Positions 1 to 7,832 of a DNA stretch of 32,000 nt are shown here, one piece after another. The stretch comes from Advenella kashmirensis. GTDB lineage: Bacteria > Pseudomonadota > Gammaproteobacteria > Burkholderiales > Burkholderiaceae_B. The DNA is taken from positions 13,174 to 45,173 of the forward strand of contig JBEBPQ010000025.1 of NCBI GenBank assembly GCA_040395835.1, in the 5' to 3' direction. Positions within the stretch are counted from its first letter, which is position 1, and each line of letters opens with the position of its first letter. The notes beneath the pieces were generated by a model. It saw only the letters and a list, made by a program, of their open reading frames with translations, ran no database searches and had not been told where the DNA came from. The position numbers and the translations under genes were made by a program.

Positions 1-500
1 GACGCGGCCTGAAGGGATGGCCGGGATCCATGCAATTGTTTCCCTTCCTCGAAGATGACATCTGCCTGGTGGTGTCGCCCGCCTTGCTGGCAAGCGATCC
101 TGTGATTGAACCGCAGGCGTTGCGATCACTCACGCTGCTGCGGGCAAAGACGCGCAAGGCGGACTGGGAAACCTGGCTGGAGCATGCGGCGATATCCGGG
201 GTCAAGCCGGCGAGCCAGATGCAGTTTGATCATGTCCATGTGGTCCTGCAGGCCGTGGCCGACGGGCTGGGGTTTGCGGCAGTGCCGGTTTCGCTGGCCG
301 CCAACGATATTGCGCAGGGCAGGCTGCGCAACCTGATGCCCGCGCTGCGCGTGCCGGTAACCCGTTACTACTATGGCGTAGCGCCCAATCCCGCGCCAGA
401 GGTGCGTGAATTCGTCAGCTGGCTGGAAGCGCAGTTGGCCGCCAGCAAACGGGAAGGTCTGGCCGATCATGCTGGCAAGGCGCCGCTTGCGTTCGTATAA
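1..500 (+). CDS. LysR-family (GcvA-like) transcriptional regulator, C-terminal effector-domain part; the 5' end lies upstream of the window
   Basis: The frame of ORF 30..500 stays open back to nt 3 (RGLKGWPGS-MQLFPF...). The segment VVSPALL...FDHVHVVLQAVADGLGFAAVP...RYYYGVAP is typical of LysR substrate-binding domains. Stop TAA at 498-500. Confidence 0.8.
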   Translation, partial: RGLKGWPGSMQLFPFLEDDICLVVSPALLASDPVIEPQALRSLTLLRAKTRKADWETWLEHAAISGVKPASQMQFDHVHVVLQAVADGLGFAAVPVSLAANDIAQGRLRNLMPALRVPVTRYYYGVAPNPAPEVREFVSWLEAQLAASKREGLADHAGKAPLAFV

Positions 501-527
501 ATCCGGTCATATCGACGCGTGGCGTTC

Positions 528-767
528 CTAGCAAATACCTTTTCTTCTCTGAACGGGATGGCAAGAGTCGTGATGGCGTCTGTAATAACGGTCACGTTGC
601 GCCTGATTGTAGCGTTGGTATTCACGGTGCCGGTAATGCTTCCGCTCATATTTGCGTTCATATTTCGGTCCACTATAGCGGTAGCCATCCCGATAGCCGC
701 CATGGCGGTCATGCACGACACAGCCCGTTAGAAATATGGCCAGAATCCCCACAAGAATCATCTTCAT
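528..767 (-). CDS. Small (79 aa) putative lipoprotein with an extremely Tyr/Arg/His/Lys-rich mature part
   Basis: SD GGAGA lies about 6 nt upstream of the ATG at 767. Signal peptide with lipobox MKMILVGILAIFLTG|C. Mature part GYRDGYRYSGPKYERKYERKHYRHREYQRY. No homolog recognised. Confidence 0.6.
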   Translation of the reverse strand: MKMILVGILAIFLTGCVVHDRHGGYRDGYRYSGPKYERKYERKHYRHREYQRYNQAQRDRYYRRHHDSCHPVQRRKGIC

Positions 768-921
768 GCTCTTTCTCCAGTTTGTATTTATGTCAATTGT
801 AAGAAATCACGCTCGATAGGGTGGTACAGATTTGTAAGCTAAATTTCAGTCGGCTACGGAACGAGGCCAGGATGCGGCGAAGCATCTTACACTCCGGGTA
901 AATTGATCTCAGGAGGTACTG

Positions 922-1212
922 ATGAAGCGCATATTTACACTGCTGCTTGCCTGCTTGGTGGCGCTGCCAACCATTTCCTTTGCCGATGACGATGATGATG
1001 ATGATTACGGTGGTCGCCGTTACCATCGGGAATACAAGGAAAAGTATTGGGACGGGCCTTGCAAGGTCGAGCGAAAGTACAAGCGTAACGGGGACTACGA
1101 AGAAAAACGCAAGTGCCGCGGACGCGATTATGATGATGGCTACTATTCCAGCGCTCCGTCACAGCCGGATTTGAATCTGGGCGGCGTGGTCCGATTGCTT
1201 AATAACTTGTGA
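922..1212 (+). CDS. Small (96 aa) secreted protein: signal peptide, poly-Asp run, then a Tyr/Arg/Lys/Asp-rich region
   Basis: Strong SD AGGAGG 6 nt upstream of the ATG at 922. Signal peptide MKRIFTLLLACLVALPTISFA|DDDDDDD. Composition (RRYHREYKEKY, KYKRNGDYEEKRK) resembles the divergent neighbour 528..767. Confidence 0.65.
   Translation: MKRIFTLLLACLVALPTISFADDDDDDDYGGRRYHREYKEKYWDGPCKVERKYKRNGDYEEKRKCRGRDYDDGYYSSAPSQPDLNLGGVVRLLNNL
985..1005 (+). repeat. Trinucleotide run gat-gac-(gat)5 encoding Asp7
   Basis: Read directly: gatgacgatgatgatgatgat, in frame in CDS 922..1212, immediately after the predicted signal-peptide cleavage site. Confidence 0.6.
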
Positions 1213-1225
1213 TGAATCGATCACG

Positions 1226-1250
1226 GCGCCTGGCTAGCGCCGCCAGGCGC
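1226..1250 (+). terminator. GC-rich hairpin downstream of CDS 922..1212 (possible terminator, no U-tract)
   Basis: 9-bp perfect stem GCGCCTGGC (1226-1234) / GCCAGGCGC (1242-1250), 7-nt loop, 14 nt after the stop codon. No T-run follows, so the intrinsic-terminator call is weak. Confidence 0.3.
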
Positions 1251-1490
1251 GATACTGATATGCGCGCCGACGTCCGGCACGGGTTTGATGCCGGTTCGGC
1301 CGCGGGAAGTTGCCAACGATGCGCTGGATATCCGGACGTCGTGCGGCGGGTTCGACTTAAATACCCAAGGTAGACGGGTTAGGTTTGGGCGTTGGTTTCG
1401 GCCGCGAGCAGGAAAACGTCTTCAGCGGTTAGGAAAAATCCGCGCGTTAATGCGCGCAATAGTGAAGCGTGAATGATGCAGCTTCTTTGG

Positions 1491-1685
1491 TCAGAGACCG
1501 ATGGCTGTGATATAGCGCGCGTATTCATCGGGTGCGGATGCCTTCAGTGTCGCCAAGCTGCGTTCAATCGACGCCAAGGCTTTCTCCGATGATTCCACAT
1601 AGCCATTCCGCTTCAACTGTTTATAGATTTCCACTTGGGTTTTCATGTCGTCGATATCAACGATGGGATGGGTCGCAGACTGCAT
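1491..1685 (-). CDS. Hypothetical small protein (64 aa)
   Basis: Internal ATG at 1685 is preceded by GGAGAACCCA. The longer ORF to 1769 has no RBS. Sequence MQSATHPIVDIDDMKTQVEIYKQLKRNGYVESSEKALASIERSLATLK looks helical and soluble. No family recognised. Confidence 0.4.
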   Translation of the reverse strand: MQSATHPIVDIDDMKTQVEIYKQLKRNGYVESSEKALASIERSLATLKASAPDEYARYITAIGL

Positions 1686-1790
1686 TGGGTTCTCCAGGCG
1701 GAAGGGATAGGGCCATGGAGGACATATTATTTCATGGATGAGTCTGTCGTATGACAATGGCCGGCCCACTGCTTTCTCCCTTCTGGCGCG

Positions 1791-2156
1791 TTAGCGCCCG
1801 TTGCCAGAGCGCCACGACATGACAAGGCCGCCCACCAGAATGACCAGCAGGACAAGATGGAAAAGCTTATCCGCGATTGTTTGCGGACCAATGCCTATGG
1901 CAATGGTGAATGCGCCGACCAGGGTACCGGCCAGTGCGATCGCTTGCACAACCGTACCGACCAACCTGTCGCGCTCGGGCCAGCGTTTGGCCGCGATCAT
2001 CCCAAGCGCCAGGACGCAAAGAATCACGCCCTCTGCGATGGCGGCACGTGCATGTCCGTATTTCGGCAGCAGGAGGCCGGAATGGACAAGCACGGCCACC
2101 CCGAACAGAATGGCTTGCACAGCCATGGCCCGCATTGGCGTGATGCCGTGTTTCAT
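1791..2156 (-). CDS. Hypothetical integral membrane protein (121 aa, about 4 TM helices)
   Basis: SD AAGGGA about 6 nt upstream of the ATG at 2156. Four hydrophobic stretches (AVQAILFGVAVLV, GVILCVLALGMIAA, VVQAIALAGTLVGAFTIAIGI, LVLLVILVGGLVM). Confidence 0.7.
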   Translation of the reverse strand: MKHGITPMRAMAVQAILFGVAVLVHSGLLLPKYGHARAAIAEGVILCVLALGMIAAKRWPERDRLVGTVVQAIALAGTLVGAFTIAIGIGPQTIADKLFHLVLLVILVGGLVMSWRSGNGR

Positions 2157-2286
2157 GTTGTTCCCTTATTGTCGTTTCGACAGCGCCTTGCCGGGCCCGG
2201 CCTATCCTGAGCAGCCAGGCCATGCCATGGCGTTGCCGAATGACACCACGACGGATCAGGAAAGATTGTCGACCACCAGCCGGGGG

Positions 2287-2445
2287 TCATTTTCCCCGGC
2301 CAAAGAAAAAAGATGCGATCGCCAGTATCAGGAATACGACAAACAGTATCTGCGCAATCGAGGACGCGCCTGCTGCGATGCCGCCGAAACCCAGCACGGC
2401 GGCGATGATGGCAATGATGAAAAATACGATGGCGTAATGTAGCAT
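2287..2445 (-). CDS. DUF1328/UPF0391-family small membrane protein (52 aa); absent from the supplied ORF track (below its size cutoff)
   Basis: Hand translation of the minus strand: [70 protein letters not shown], stop TGA (2287-2289). The motif [13 protein letters not shown].. is the hallmark of UPF0391 proteins. Confidence 0.8.
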   Translation of the reverse strand: MLHYAIVFFIIAIIAAVLGFGGIAAGASSIAQILFVVFLILAIASFFFGRGK

Positions 2446-2508
2446 AACTGTGATCTCCTTGTTCCTAGCGCCGGGAGCAAGCGGATGTCTTCATTACCGC
2501 TACCCGGC

Positions 2509-2967
2509 TCAAATGGACTCGCGTAGCACCTGGGCCAACACGAGATGAGCCTTCAGTTCGGAAAGATGTGCCTGGGCAAATGCTCGTATGTCGTTGTCCG
2601 GGCTGTTCCCGGCGGCGTCCTCAAACAGCCGGATGGCTGCTTCGTGGAGTGCGATGCCAATGCGATCCAGATAATCTTGCTCGAAATTTTTGCCGGGTTG
2701 ACTCAGTATTTCCACCTGGGCCCGCTGCAATGGCGATGGCGACGCGGGCAAGGTAATGCCTTTGTGCGAGGCAAGGTTGTTCAATGCCTTATTGAGTTGC
2801 GCGTGATCGTTTTCCATCTTGGCGGCAAAATCCCTGATTGAAGGCATGCGCGCAAGCTTTTGCGCCAGCCGACCGCTTTCAGTCACGGCTAAGCCGGCTT
2901 CGGCGGCGCTTTCCAGAAATTTGAGATCCCTTGGATCAATCGAGCCTTCCAGTTGTATGACGGACAT
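2509..2967 (-). CDS. DUF4142-domain protein (152 aa)
   Basis: SD GGGGAGA upstream of the ATG at 2967. FLESAAEAGLAVTESGRLAQKLA...IRDFAAKMENDHAQLNKALNNLASHKGITLP...DYLDRIGIALHEAA matches the DUF4142 four-helix pattern. No signal peptide visible. Confidence 0.8.
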   Translation of the reverse strand: MSVIQLEGSIDPRDLKFLESAAEAGLAVTESGRLAQKLARMPSIRDFAAKMENDHAQLNKALNNLASHKGITLPASPSPLQRAQVEILSQPGKNFEQDYLDRIGIALHEAAIRLFEDAAGNSPDNDIRAFAQAHLSELKAHLVLAQVLRESI

Positions 2968-3013
2968 GGTTATCTCCCCGTCTTGGCATCAGGATAGGTT
3001 GCGTGACCAACGC

Positions 3014-3217
3014 CTACCTTTCCTGCCAGGACCAGAATTCATCGACTTCCCGTTCCACTTCTTCGCGGGTTCTGCCATATTTTTCCTGAAGCAGTCCACA
3101 TAGTTTTTGCGCGTTCCCGTTTATCTGGGTAATGTCGTCGTCGGTCAGTTGTCCCCATTTCTCCTTAACCGAGCCTTTCAGTTGTTCCCATTTTCCTTCA
3201 GCGATATCTTTATTCAT
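3014..3217 (-). CDS. CsbD-family general stress protein (67 aa)
   Basis: Perfect SD AAGGAGG upstream of the ATG at 3217. MNKDIAEGKWEQLKGSVKEKWGQLTDDDITQINGNAQKLCGLLQEKYG is the canonical CsbD motif. Confidence 0.9.
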   Translation of the reverse strand: MNKDIAEGKWEQLKGSVKEKWGQLTDDDITQINGNAQKLCGLLQEKYGRTREEVEREVDEFWSWQER

Positions 3218-3550
3218 GATTACCTCCTTGCTGTGTCTTGATCAATGGAAATGGCCGCTTGTTGATGGCCATGACTCATCGTAACAATAAAAACGGCGCG
3301 ATTCGTCTTTTTGTTACATATGCTTAAGAAGGCTATGCATATGAAATATCCTTGAAAAACAGGCGGTTGAGGGAGAATTCAAAGCAATACCGCTGTGTTG
3401 GCAAACAGATCGGGCCGAATTGCCGGAAGTTGGCTTTATCTTTTTTGTATTGAACATCGATGCTTACAAACAATCGGCGTGGAAGGTTTGAAATCGACTG
3501 AACGCGACCGCACAATGGACTCGTGATATCCAACATCAAGGAGATCAGAA

Positions 3551-3733
3551 ATGCCAGCAAAGTCGCAAAGTCAGCAACAAGCAGCGGGGGTGGCGCTTGC
3601 CGCCAAGAAAGGAGAAAAAAAGGTGAAAGCATTGAAGGGCGCTTCCAAGTCCATGTATGAATCCATGTCAAAAAGGGAACTGGAAGAGATGGCCAGCACC
3701 AGCCGCGTCGGTAAACCCAAGCATAAAAAATAG
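3551..3733 (+). CDS. DUF3008-like small basic protein (60 aa)
   Basis: SD AAGGAGA upstream of the ATG at 3551. MPAKSQSQQQAAGVALAAKKGEKKVKALKGASKSMYESMSKRELEEMAST matches the DUF3008 pattern as I remember it. Confidence 0.7.
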   Translation: MPAKSQSQQQAAGVALAAKKGEKKVKALKGASKSMYESMSKRELEEMASTSRVGKPKHKK

Positions 3734-3796
3734 CAGGATGTTGTCCTCACGGGCAGGTGCCGGCAATGTTTATAATTTTTTACGTAAGGAGCCAAT

Positions 3797-4648
3797 ATGA
3801 CGCAGACTATCCCCGCACAGGAACAGGCTGTGCAGCCGGGCCGGGAATTCAAGATGGATCCCGCTCCGATTTATGATGACCCGGGGTATCTCCCCGCCGG
3901 AAAACTCCAGGACAAAGTCGCCTTGATCACCGGTGGCGATAGCGGTATCGGGCGAGCGACCGCCGTCGCTTTTGCCAAAGAAGGCGCAAGCATCGCGATT
4001 GTCTATCTGGAAGAGGACAGGGATGCGGACGAAACGGCCAACTGCGCTCAACGCTACGGAGCTCAAGTGCTGTTGCTCAAGGGCGATATCGCGGATGTCG
4101 ATTTTGCCAAGCAATGCGTGATAGATACTTTCGAGCATTTCGGCACGATCGATATTCTGGTGAATAATGCCGGGGAGCAACACAGGGTAGAAGAGCCCGA
4201 GGAGATCAGCTATGAGCAGCTACTGCGCACTTTCCAGACCAATTTCTTCAGCTTCGTCACTATTACGCAGGAAGCGCTGACCGTAATGCGGGAGGGCGGC
4301 TCGATCATCAATACGTCGTCTGTGACCGCCTACAAGGGTAGCCCTGAGCTCATCGATTATTCTGCGACAAAAGGCGCGATCACGGCCTTTACCCGCTCCT
4401 TATCGATCAAGATCGCGGACCGTGGCATCCGGGTCAATGCCGTGGCTCCCGGGCCGATCTGGACACCCCTGATTCCCGCTTCGTTTTCAGCGGAACAGGT
4501 TGAGCAATTTGGCAAGGACACGCCGATGGGTCGGCCAGGTCAGCCCTTTGAGCTTGCGCCCGCCTATGTTTACCTCGCCTGCAGCGATTCCAGCTATGTT
4601 TCCGGCCAGACGCTTCATGTGAACGGGGGCACGGTGCTAAACGGGTAG
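3797..4648 (+). CDS. SDR-family oxidoreductase, YghA/YdaD (general stress protein 39)-like
   Basis: SD AAGGAG (3786-3791). A TATAAT hexamer at 3771-3776 could be a -10 box. Cofactor motif TGGDSGIGRA, NNAG, catalytic S...Y(KGSPELID)YSATK, C-terminal YVSGQTLHVNGG. The N-terminal extension (QPGREFKMDPAP) is typical of the YghA/YdaD subgroup. Confidence 0.9.
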   Translation: MTQTIPAQEQAVQPGREFKMDPAPIYDDPGYLPAGKLQDKVALITGGDSGIGRATAVAFAKEGASIAIVYLEEDRDADETANCAQRYGAQVLLLKGDIADVDFAKQCVIDTFEHFGTIDILVNNAGEQHRVEEPEEISYEQLLRTFQTNFFSFVTITQEALTVMREGGSIINTSSVTAYKGSPELIDYSATKGAITAFTRSLSIKIADRGIRVNAVAPGPIWTPLIPASFSAEQVEQFGKDTPMGRPGQPFELAPAYVYLACSDSSYVSGQTLHVNGGTVLNG

Positions 4649-4710
4649 GCCCATGAAATATAATGCGTGGGAGTGTCGTGCCGCGCCGTCTTCGGGTACC
4701 TGCAGGTTAC

Positions 4711-5265
4711 TCAGGGTTGAGCCGCGGCATCGGCGTTGCGGGGAACTGGCGCCGCTTGCCCGACTTTTTCCGCATAGCGAGAGATTCGGCTCAAGGCATA
4801 CCGCGCGCTGCGCTGCCTCAGCTTGCGGTTGCCTCCTGAAAATCGCCGGCTTTCGGTAAAAACCACAGGCGCGCTTGTGCTACCGAACAAAATGCCCATG
4901 CAAATCATTGCGTACCGGCGGGGACGCACGGCTCAATATTGTCCACCACGTCAGTGTTGGCTATGGCAAGGTTTGCCCGGCTTTTGGACAAGGCTCCAAG
5001 CGCCATTTCCCTGGCGACCCGTTCGCTGGTCAGGTTGAATGCCTGGATCGTCTCCAAACTGACCCCAAGGCAGGCCTGTTTGACGGCGACCCGTGTATGT
5101 CACGAAAGCGCAATCGAGCAGGCTTCGCGCGTTTGGGACCTCTGAAAAGCTTGAAGCAATCAAGCCGGGAGTGCACGATTCCGCGGTGACGAGTACGAGC
5201 TTGTTACGAGACATCCGCTTGGCCACAACGTGTGCGGGGAGCATGATGGATTCCTCTTTGGACAA
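4711..5265 (-). pseudogene. pncC: Decayed cinA C-terminal-domain / pncC (nicotinamide-nucleotide amidohydrolase) gene
   Basis: Three minus-strand frames together rebuild a PncC-like protein. (1) LVLVTAESCTPGLIASSFSEVPNARSLLDCAFVTYT, then a frameshift near 5090. (2) VAVKQACLGVSLETIQAFNLTSERVAREMALGALSKSRANLAIA...PAGTQ, then an in-frame TGA (4905-4907) where the conserved Trp of GTVWFAW sits. (3) FAWAF, another frameshift near 4865-4885, then FTESRRFSGGNRKLRQRSARYAL (compare E. coli PncC CFSGDRDAVRRQATAYAL). Confidence 0.65.
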
Positions 5266-5315
5266 TATTGCGTATCGGGTTGCGGATCGCTGCAGTTCCC
5301 CGACATGCTTGCCAT

Positions 5316-5948
5316 TTAGACGGGTTTAACGCCTCCGTATATCAATTTGATGCCGAATCCGATAAGTACCAGACCGACGAAGCGCTCCAGGGTGGTTTTC
5401 ATTTTCATATAGCCTAGTCTCACGGATGGCCGGGAGAAAGCCACGGAGACGATAAGCCGCCAGCTTACCGATGTCATGACGATTCCCAGCCAGATCGCCA
5501 GCTTGGTTGGCCAGGTTGTGGATGGGTTGATTGTGACGGAAAAAATACTGGCGAAGAACAGAACGGTTTGCGCATTGGCCAGATCGGTAATGATGCCGCG
5601 ACGAAAATGTGTGCGATGGGCCACTGCCGAGACTATCCCCGTGGAGGCACTGGTGGCCGGTTGACTGGCGCAGCAGATCATGTTCCAGCCGTACCAGATC
5701 AGGTATGCGCCGCCCAGGATCTGGATGCCGGAGAAAAGCAGATAGCTGGTGGACATGAGGGTTGTCATGCCCAATAGACCCAGGGCGGCATAAATCGCGT
5801 CCCCCGCGGCCACGCCAGCACCGGCAGCCATGCCGGCAGACTTCCCCTGGGACAGGCTGGTTTGCACGATCAGGAACAGGTTCGGCCCCGGGCTCATGAA
5901 CGTGAGGGCAAAAAGGCCAACTGCAACGATAACGGCGTGAAACGACAT
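5316..5948 (-). CDS. LysE/RhtB-family amino-acid exporter (210 aa)
   Basis: The N-terminal motif FMSPGPNLFLIVQTSLSQGKSAGMAAGAGVAAGD and a six-TM pattern are typical of LysE-family translocators. Confidence 0.9.
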   Translation of the reverse strand: MSFHAVIVAVGLFALTFMSPGPNLFLIVQTSLSQGKSAGMAAGAGVAAGDAIYAALGLLGMTTLMSTSYLLFSGIQILGGAYLIWYGWNMICCASQPATSASTGIVSAVAHRTHFRRGIITDLANAQTVLFFASIFSVTINPSTTWPTKLAIWLGIVMTSVSWRLIVSVAFSRPSVRLGYMKMKTTLERFVGLVLIGFGIKLIYGGVKPV

Positions 5949-6288
5949 GCGGATAATCCTCTAGGGAAGCTTGACGGCTGCGGGCGCCGCCCGGGAATGA
6001 TTATAGTAACGCAATCGAGCCGCCTGCCGCAGCGGATGCCCGGCGCTGTCGATACAAAGGTATTGGATGTGCTCTGCCTGGATGGTACTGCGTTGCGCCG
6101 GGGTGCGGTATGATTGCATTCCAGAGGCGCATTGTCGCCATCTTCATAGCGTGAAATCAGGTTGTCGTCTGCGTAGCATGGGGTGCAGCCGGGCACAGGA
6201 CGCAAGCCTTCGCTGGCGCGCTGGCCGATGACTGCCTGTCGTGGTGAAGGGATTGGCGGGTTGTTCAACTTATTTTTTAATAATTCCA

Positions 6289-7782
6289 ATGTATAAGAAA
6301 TTGCTTGCCCTGGTTTTTGCCTTGATTGGCATGGTCTTGTGCGTGAACGCATTCGCACAATATAACGTCGGATCGATCCCCAATCCGAAGAGTCGGGGCG
6401 CCGCACATTATGTGAGCGACCCGGACGGCTACCTGAGCGCCGCCACGATCGCGGACCTGGATGCGATCAGCGGCGGGATCGAGAACGCCAATGGTAGCGA
6501 ATTCGCCATCGTGGTCGTGAGTGATTACCAAGGGGCCAGCGATTTTGATTTCGCCCTCGATCTGTTCGGCCATTGGGGTATCGGCAAGCAAGGCAGCAAT
6601 AATGGCCTCTTGTTGTTCCTGGCGATGAACCGGCATGAATATCGGTTTATCAGCGGCTATGGCGTAGAGGGTATTTTTCCCGACGCGCGGCTCAAACAGA
6701 TCGGGGAGCAATTCCTGGTGCCTTACCTGCGGGCCGGCAATACGGATATGGCGGTGCTGTCCGCGGCAAAGGCGGTTGAAAGTGTCTTTCTTTCACCGGT
6801 GAACGAATTAGAGCTGGCGGGGTTGAAAGCATATCAACCCACATTCTGGAATTTGCATGCCGATGTGCTGCAACAATGCGGTGGTGTATTTGCGATTTTC
6901 GCGATCGGCCATCTGTGGATGACGGCAGCCCGCAAGCGGGTGTTGAAGCGGTTCGCGATTAAAAGCGGCCGATACCGGGGCAATGCGATCTGGTATGCGT
7001 TTTTTACTTTCCTGTTTCTTTTATTCCTTACCCTGTTTGTATTCGTGTTTTTCGAGGCGGTTGAGCAGGCCTACCAGTTCAAGCATCTTCCGTATTTTCT
7101 GATGGCTTTCGGCTCATTGGTATTGGCGTATCAATATTACGGATGTCGATTTTTTCTGCAGCGGGCGACTAAAGATAAAAAGATTGCCATGGACATGCAG
7201 GTATCATTCACCAGCCTGAGCCTGTTGCCATTACTGCTTGCCCCCTTTGCCTACCTGGGATACGCCGATCTGGGAAAAACTAGGAAAAATGCACGCTTGC
7301 GGGCCACACCTCCGTCGGAGCCGGGCGATTGGCTGCGTCTCAACCGGGACGATCTGACATCCGAACAATTAAAGCAATACCTGAGCAAGCAGCAATTGCA
7401 GGAGGAACGGCTGGACGCCAAATCCTATGAGATCTGGCGTGAGCGGGCTAGTGGAAAAATCAGTATTCATGCCTTCGATGGCACCAATATCGGGTTATAT
7501 GGGGTTTGTCCACAATGTCATGGCCAGACGTTGGCGCAGCCGGCGTTGAAAACCATCAAGGCGCCAACCTATACGGAAAAAGGGCAGGGAGAGCGGATCC
7601 AGGCTTGCAAGTCCTGTGATTATAAAAAATCGCTGGGTATGATTGTGCTACCGGTTCTGCAGAGCAGTTCCTCCAGTTCCAGCTCCGGTTCCAGTTCAGG
7701 AGGCGGCGGGGGTGGCAGCAGTTCCGGCGGCAGTTTTGGCGGCGGCTCGAGCGGCGGCGGCGGAGCCGGCGGCCGATGGTAG
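6289..7782 (+). CDS. TPM-domain (YgcG-like) membrane protein with multi-TM core, CxxC...CxxC module and Ser/Gly tail
   Basis: Preferred start is the ATG at 6289 (MYKKLLALVFALIGMVLCVNAFA| signal peptide); the track starts at a GTG at 6241. TPM pattern: VSDPDGYLSAATIADLDAISGGIENANGSEFAIVVVSDYQG...GLLLFLAMNRHEYRFISGYG. Then 4-5 hydrophobic helices, CPQCHG-x27-CKSCDY, and a Ser/Gly tail. Confidence 0.85.
   Translation: MYKKLLALVFALIGMVLCVNAFAQYNVGSIPNPKSRGAAHYVSDPDGYLSAATIADLDAISGGIENANGSEFAIVVVSDYQGASDFDFALDLFGHWGIGKQGSNNGLLLFLAMNRHEYRFISGYGVEGIFPDARLKQIGEQFLVPYLRAGNTDMAVLSAAKAVESVFLSPVNELELAGLKAYQPTFWNLHADVLQQCGGVFAIFAIGHLWMTAARKRVLKRFAIKSGRYRGNAIWYAFFTFLFLLFLTLFVFVFFEAVEQAYQFKHLPYFLMAFGSLVLAYQYYGCRFFLQRATKDKKIAMDMQVSFTSLSLLPLLLAPFAYLGYADLGKTRKNARLRATPPSEPGDWLRLNRDDLTSEQLKQYLSKQQLQEERLDAKSYEIWRERASGKISIHAFDGTNIGLYGVCPQCHGQTLAQPALKTIKAPTYTEKGQGERIQACKSCDYKKSLGMIVLPVLQSSSSSSSSGSSSGGGGGGSSSGGSFGGGSSGGGGAGGRW
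7663..7773 (+). repeat. Low-complexity Ser/Gly-coding tract (37 codons)
   Basis: SSSSSSSSGSSSGGGGGGSSSGGSFGGGSSGGGGAGG, encoded by reiterated agc/agt/tcc and ggc/ggt/gga codons at the 3' end of CDS 6289..7782. Confidence 0.6.
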
Positions 7783-7832
7783 CGGTGGCCGGCTCGGGGC
7801 TTGATAACGCCTGGCGCACTTATGCCCGCGGG

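Noticed and set aside
1801-2442. 213-aa plus-strand ORF, plus overlapping ORFs 1857..2210, 1867..2223 and 2222..2437
   Set aside because: It is antisense to two well-supported minus-strand genes (the membrane protein 1791..2156 and DUF1328 2287..2445), each with a good SD. Its product is Pro/Arg/Thr/Ala-rich with no recognisable motif. This is a typical shadow ORF of GC-rich DNA.
3333-3852. Minus-strand ORFs 3333..3671 and 3571..3852 in the AT-rich stress-cluster control region
   Set aside because: They overlap the well-supported DUF3008 and SDR genes on the plus strand, and lack both an RBS and any recognisable sequence family.
5894-6406. 170-aa minus-strand ORF across the LysE/TPM intergenic region
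   Set aside because: Its only Met codons lie inside the TPM gene on the other strand, it has no SD, and no motif was recognised. The region 5949-6288 is more simply the divergent promoter region.
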